A stretch of DNA of 64,000 nt from an uncultured delta proteobacterium (GTDB lineage Bacteria > Desulfobacterota > RBG-13-43-22). The stretch spans positions 96,001 to 160,000 of the forward strand of contig CAVUPH010000014.1 in the NCBI GenBank assembly GCA_963743305.1, given 5' to 3'. Both the position numbers and the translations under genes were made by a program. The stretch's first letter is position 1; every line of letters starts with the position of its first letter. This document shows, one piece after another, positions 62,701-64,000 of this stretch. Under the pieces are notes generated by a model that saw only the letters and a list, made by a program, of their open reading frames with translations, had not been told where the DNA came from and did not search any database.

Positions 62701-63120
62701 ATGCTGTCTCCGGAAGTTCTGCCGCACCGCTATCCCTTTCTCTTCATTGATCGGATCGAACGGATCGTTCCGGGGAAGGAGGGAATTTTTTCGGCCAACC
62801 GATCAACCGACAATTTTTTCTCTGCCGACCGGGTCCCGCCGTCCTTCAGTCAATCCCTATTGCTGGAGGTGATGGCCCAGGCGGCCGGGATCGTCCTGAT
62901 CGGCCGGCAACCACTGGAAACAGCCGCTGAAGTCCATCAGGGCTATCTGCTCAAATTGGATCAGGTTTTGTTTTTTCAACTCCCCCGGATGGGAGACCGG
63001 ATGTTAATCGCCATCGAAAAAACCCATAGTTTGGGAAGGCTCCATCGTTTTTCCGGTGAGGTCCGGACCGGGGAGACCCTCCTGGTCCGCGGGGAACTCA
63101 CCTTGTGGCAGGATGAATAA
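62701..63120 (+). CDS. FabZ-like hotdog dehydratase
   Basis: LPHRYPFLFIDRI, LLEVMAQ; lacks the canonical GHFP motif. Confidence 0.75.
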   Translation: MLSPEVLPHRYPFLFIDRIERIVPGKEGIFSANRSTDNFFSADRVPPSFSQSLLLEVMAQAAGIVLIGRQPLETAAEVHQGYLLKLDQVLFFQLPRMGDRMLIAIEKTHSLGRLHRFSGEVRTGETLLVRGELTLWQDE

Positions 63121-63159
63121 CCTGTTATTATTTACCGAGTCTATTTCGCTCTGGTTTTT

Positions 63160-63900
63160 ATGCCCCACTTCGGACTGATCATTCCCGCTCATAATGTCGA
63201 AAAATCCCTGGTCGGAGTGATCCGCGGCGCCCGGAAATGGGTTCGGGATATCCTGGTGGTGAACGACGGTTCGACCGACCGAACCCAAGAAGCCGCCCGG
63301 GCAGAGGGGGTTCAGGTGGTGTCTTTTCCCACGAATGCCGGCAAGGGCCGGGCGCTGAAAACCGGATTCGCCCATTACCTGGATCGCGGGGTTGAGGCCA
63401 TCATTACTATGGACGGGGACGGACAGCATGATCCCGAGTTCCTTCCGGCCCTGATCGGAGAATATGGCCGGGGAGCGGCCCAAGTCATCATCGGCTCGCG
63501 ACTGGGAGACCGGGAGCGAATACCTAAAATCCGCTATTATCCCAATCTGGTCGGGACGTATTGCCTAAGCTGGGCCACGGGACAATATATACCGGACTCT
63601 CAGAGCGGTTTCCGCCTCTACCGGGCCAAGGAGTTAAGAGGACTCCCTTTGAAGGCCGACGGCTTTGCCTTGGAGACAGAGCTGCTGATTAAACTGGCGA
63701 AGAAAGGCGTTAAGATCGCTTCCGTTGCCGTTCCGGCCATCTATGACGAACCCGGGCCTCGTTCCCACTATCGACCCGTGGCCGATACCTATCAGATCAG
63801 CATCATGGTCCTGAGAAGCATCTTCTGGCCTCGACTGACGAAGCGCCCCAGAGGGGTCTTCTGGCTTCCTTTTCGACAAAGAAGGCCGGCTCAGCCGTGA
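63160..63900 (+). CDS. GT2 glycosyltransferase
   Basis: IIPAHN, VNDGSTD, DGDGQH, DSQSGFRLY. Confidence 0.92.
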   Translation: MPHFGLIIPAHNVEKSLVGVIRGARKWVRDILVVNDGSTDRTQEAARAEGVQVVSFPTNAGKGRALKTGFAHYLDRGVEAIITMDGDGQHDPEFLPALIGEYGRGAAQVIIGSRLGDRERIPKIRYYPNLVGTYCLSWATGQYIPDSQSGFRLYRAKELRGLPLKADGFALETELLIKLAKKGVKIASVAVPAIYDEPGPRSHYRPVADTYQISIMVLRSIFWPRLTKRPRGVFWLPFRQRRPAQP

Positions 63901-64000
63901 ATCCCCGGCGGGTGGTGGTTACCGGTTTGGGCGTTATTACCTCGATCGGCCATAACCGGGTTGAATTTTGGAAAAACCTGATTGCCGGCCGGAGCGGGAT
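63897..64000 (+). CDS. Beta-ketoacyl-ACP synthase (FabF-like), 5' part only
   Basis: GTG overlaps the previous stop; MNPRRVVVTGLGVITSIG...FWKNLIAGRSG. Confidence 0.85.
   Translation, partial: MNPRRVVVTGLGVITSIGHNRVEFWKNLIAGRSG

Overview
Chromosomal window from an anaerobic Desulfobacterota-like (deltaproteobacterial) genome. About ten 1-nt frameshifts occur, several in housekeeping genes, which suggests long-read assembly error. 1-7 kb (minus strand) is a selenium/cysteine-recoding locus. It opens with a structured leader containing a short ORF with two in-frame UGA codons and a SECIS-like hairpin. This is followed by an all-Cys mvhD, an HdrD-like Fe-S protein, a tRNA(Sec)-shaped 8/4 tRNA-Cys(GCA) of selC* type, a divergent selB, yqeB, a mocA-like gene, an AhpD-like gene and arsS. 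7-11 kb is a periplasmic [NiFe] hydrogenase operon. 11-20 kb is a double-cubane-cluster (DCCP) locus with activase, Fe-S/VTT fusion, DsrE-like, TOBE, YdjY, rhodanese and MauE genes. 20-39 kb holds gpmA, threonine ammonia-lyase, a Gld-like ABC system, dnaJ and accessory enzymes. 39-53 kb is a decaying accessory island with attC-like sites, TA modules, transposase remnants, a cytochrome/FG-GAP block and a Fic gene. 53-64 kb holds rpiB, purL, purQ, tmk, holB, a PSP1 gene, metG and the start of a type II FAS-like cluster. Three copies of a ~160-bp MITE-like repeat are present. The best candidate for an undescribed system is a UGA/SECIS leader-peptide attenuator controlling a cysteine-for-selenocysteine backup operon. 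All calls were made by eye; no searches or folding computations were run.
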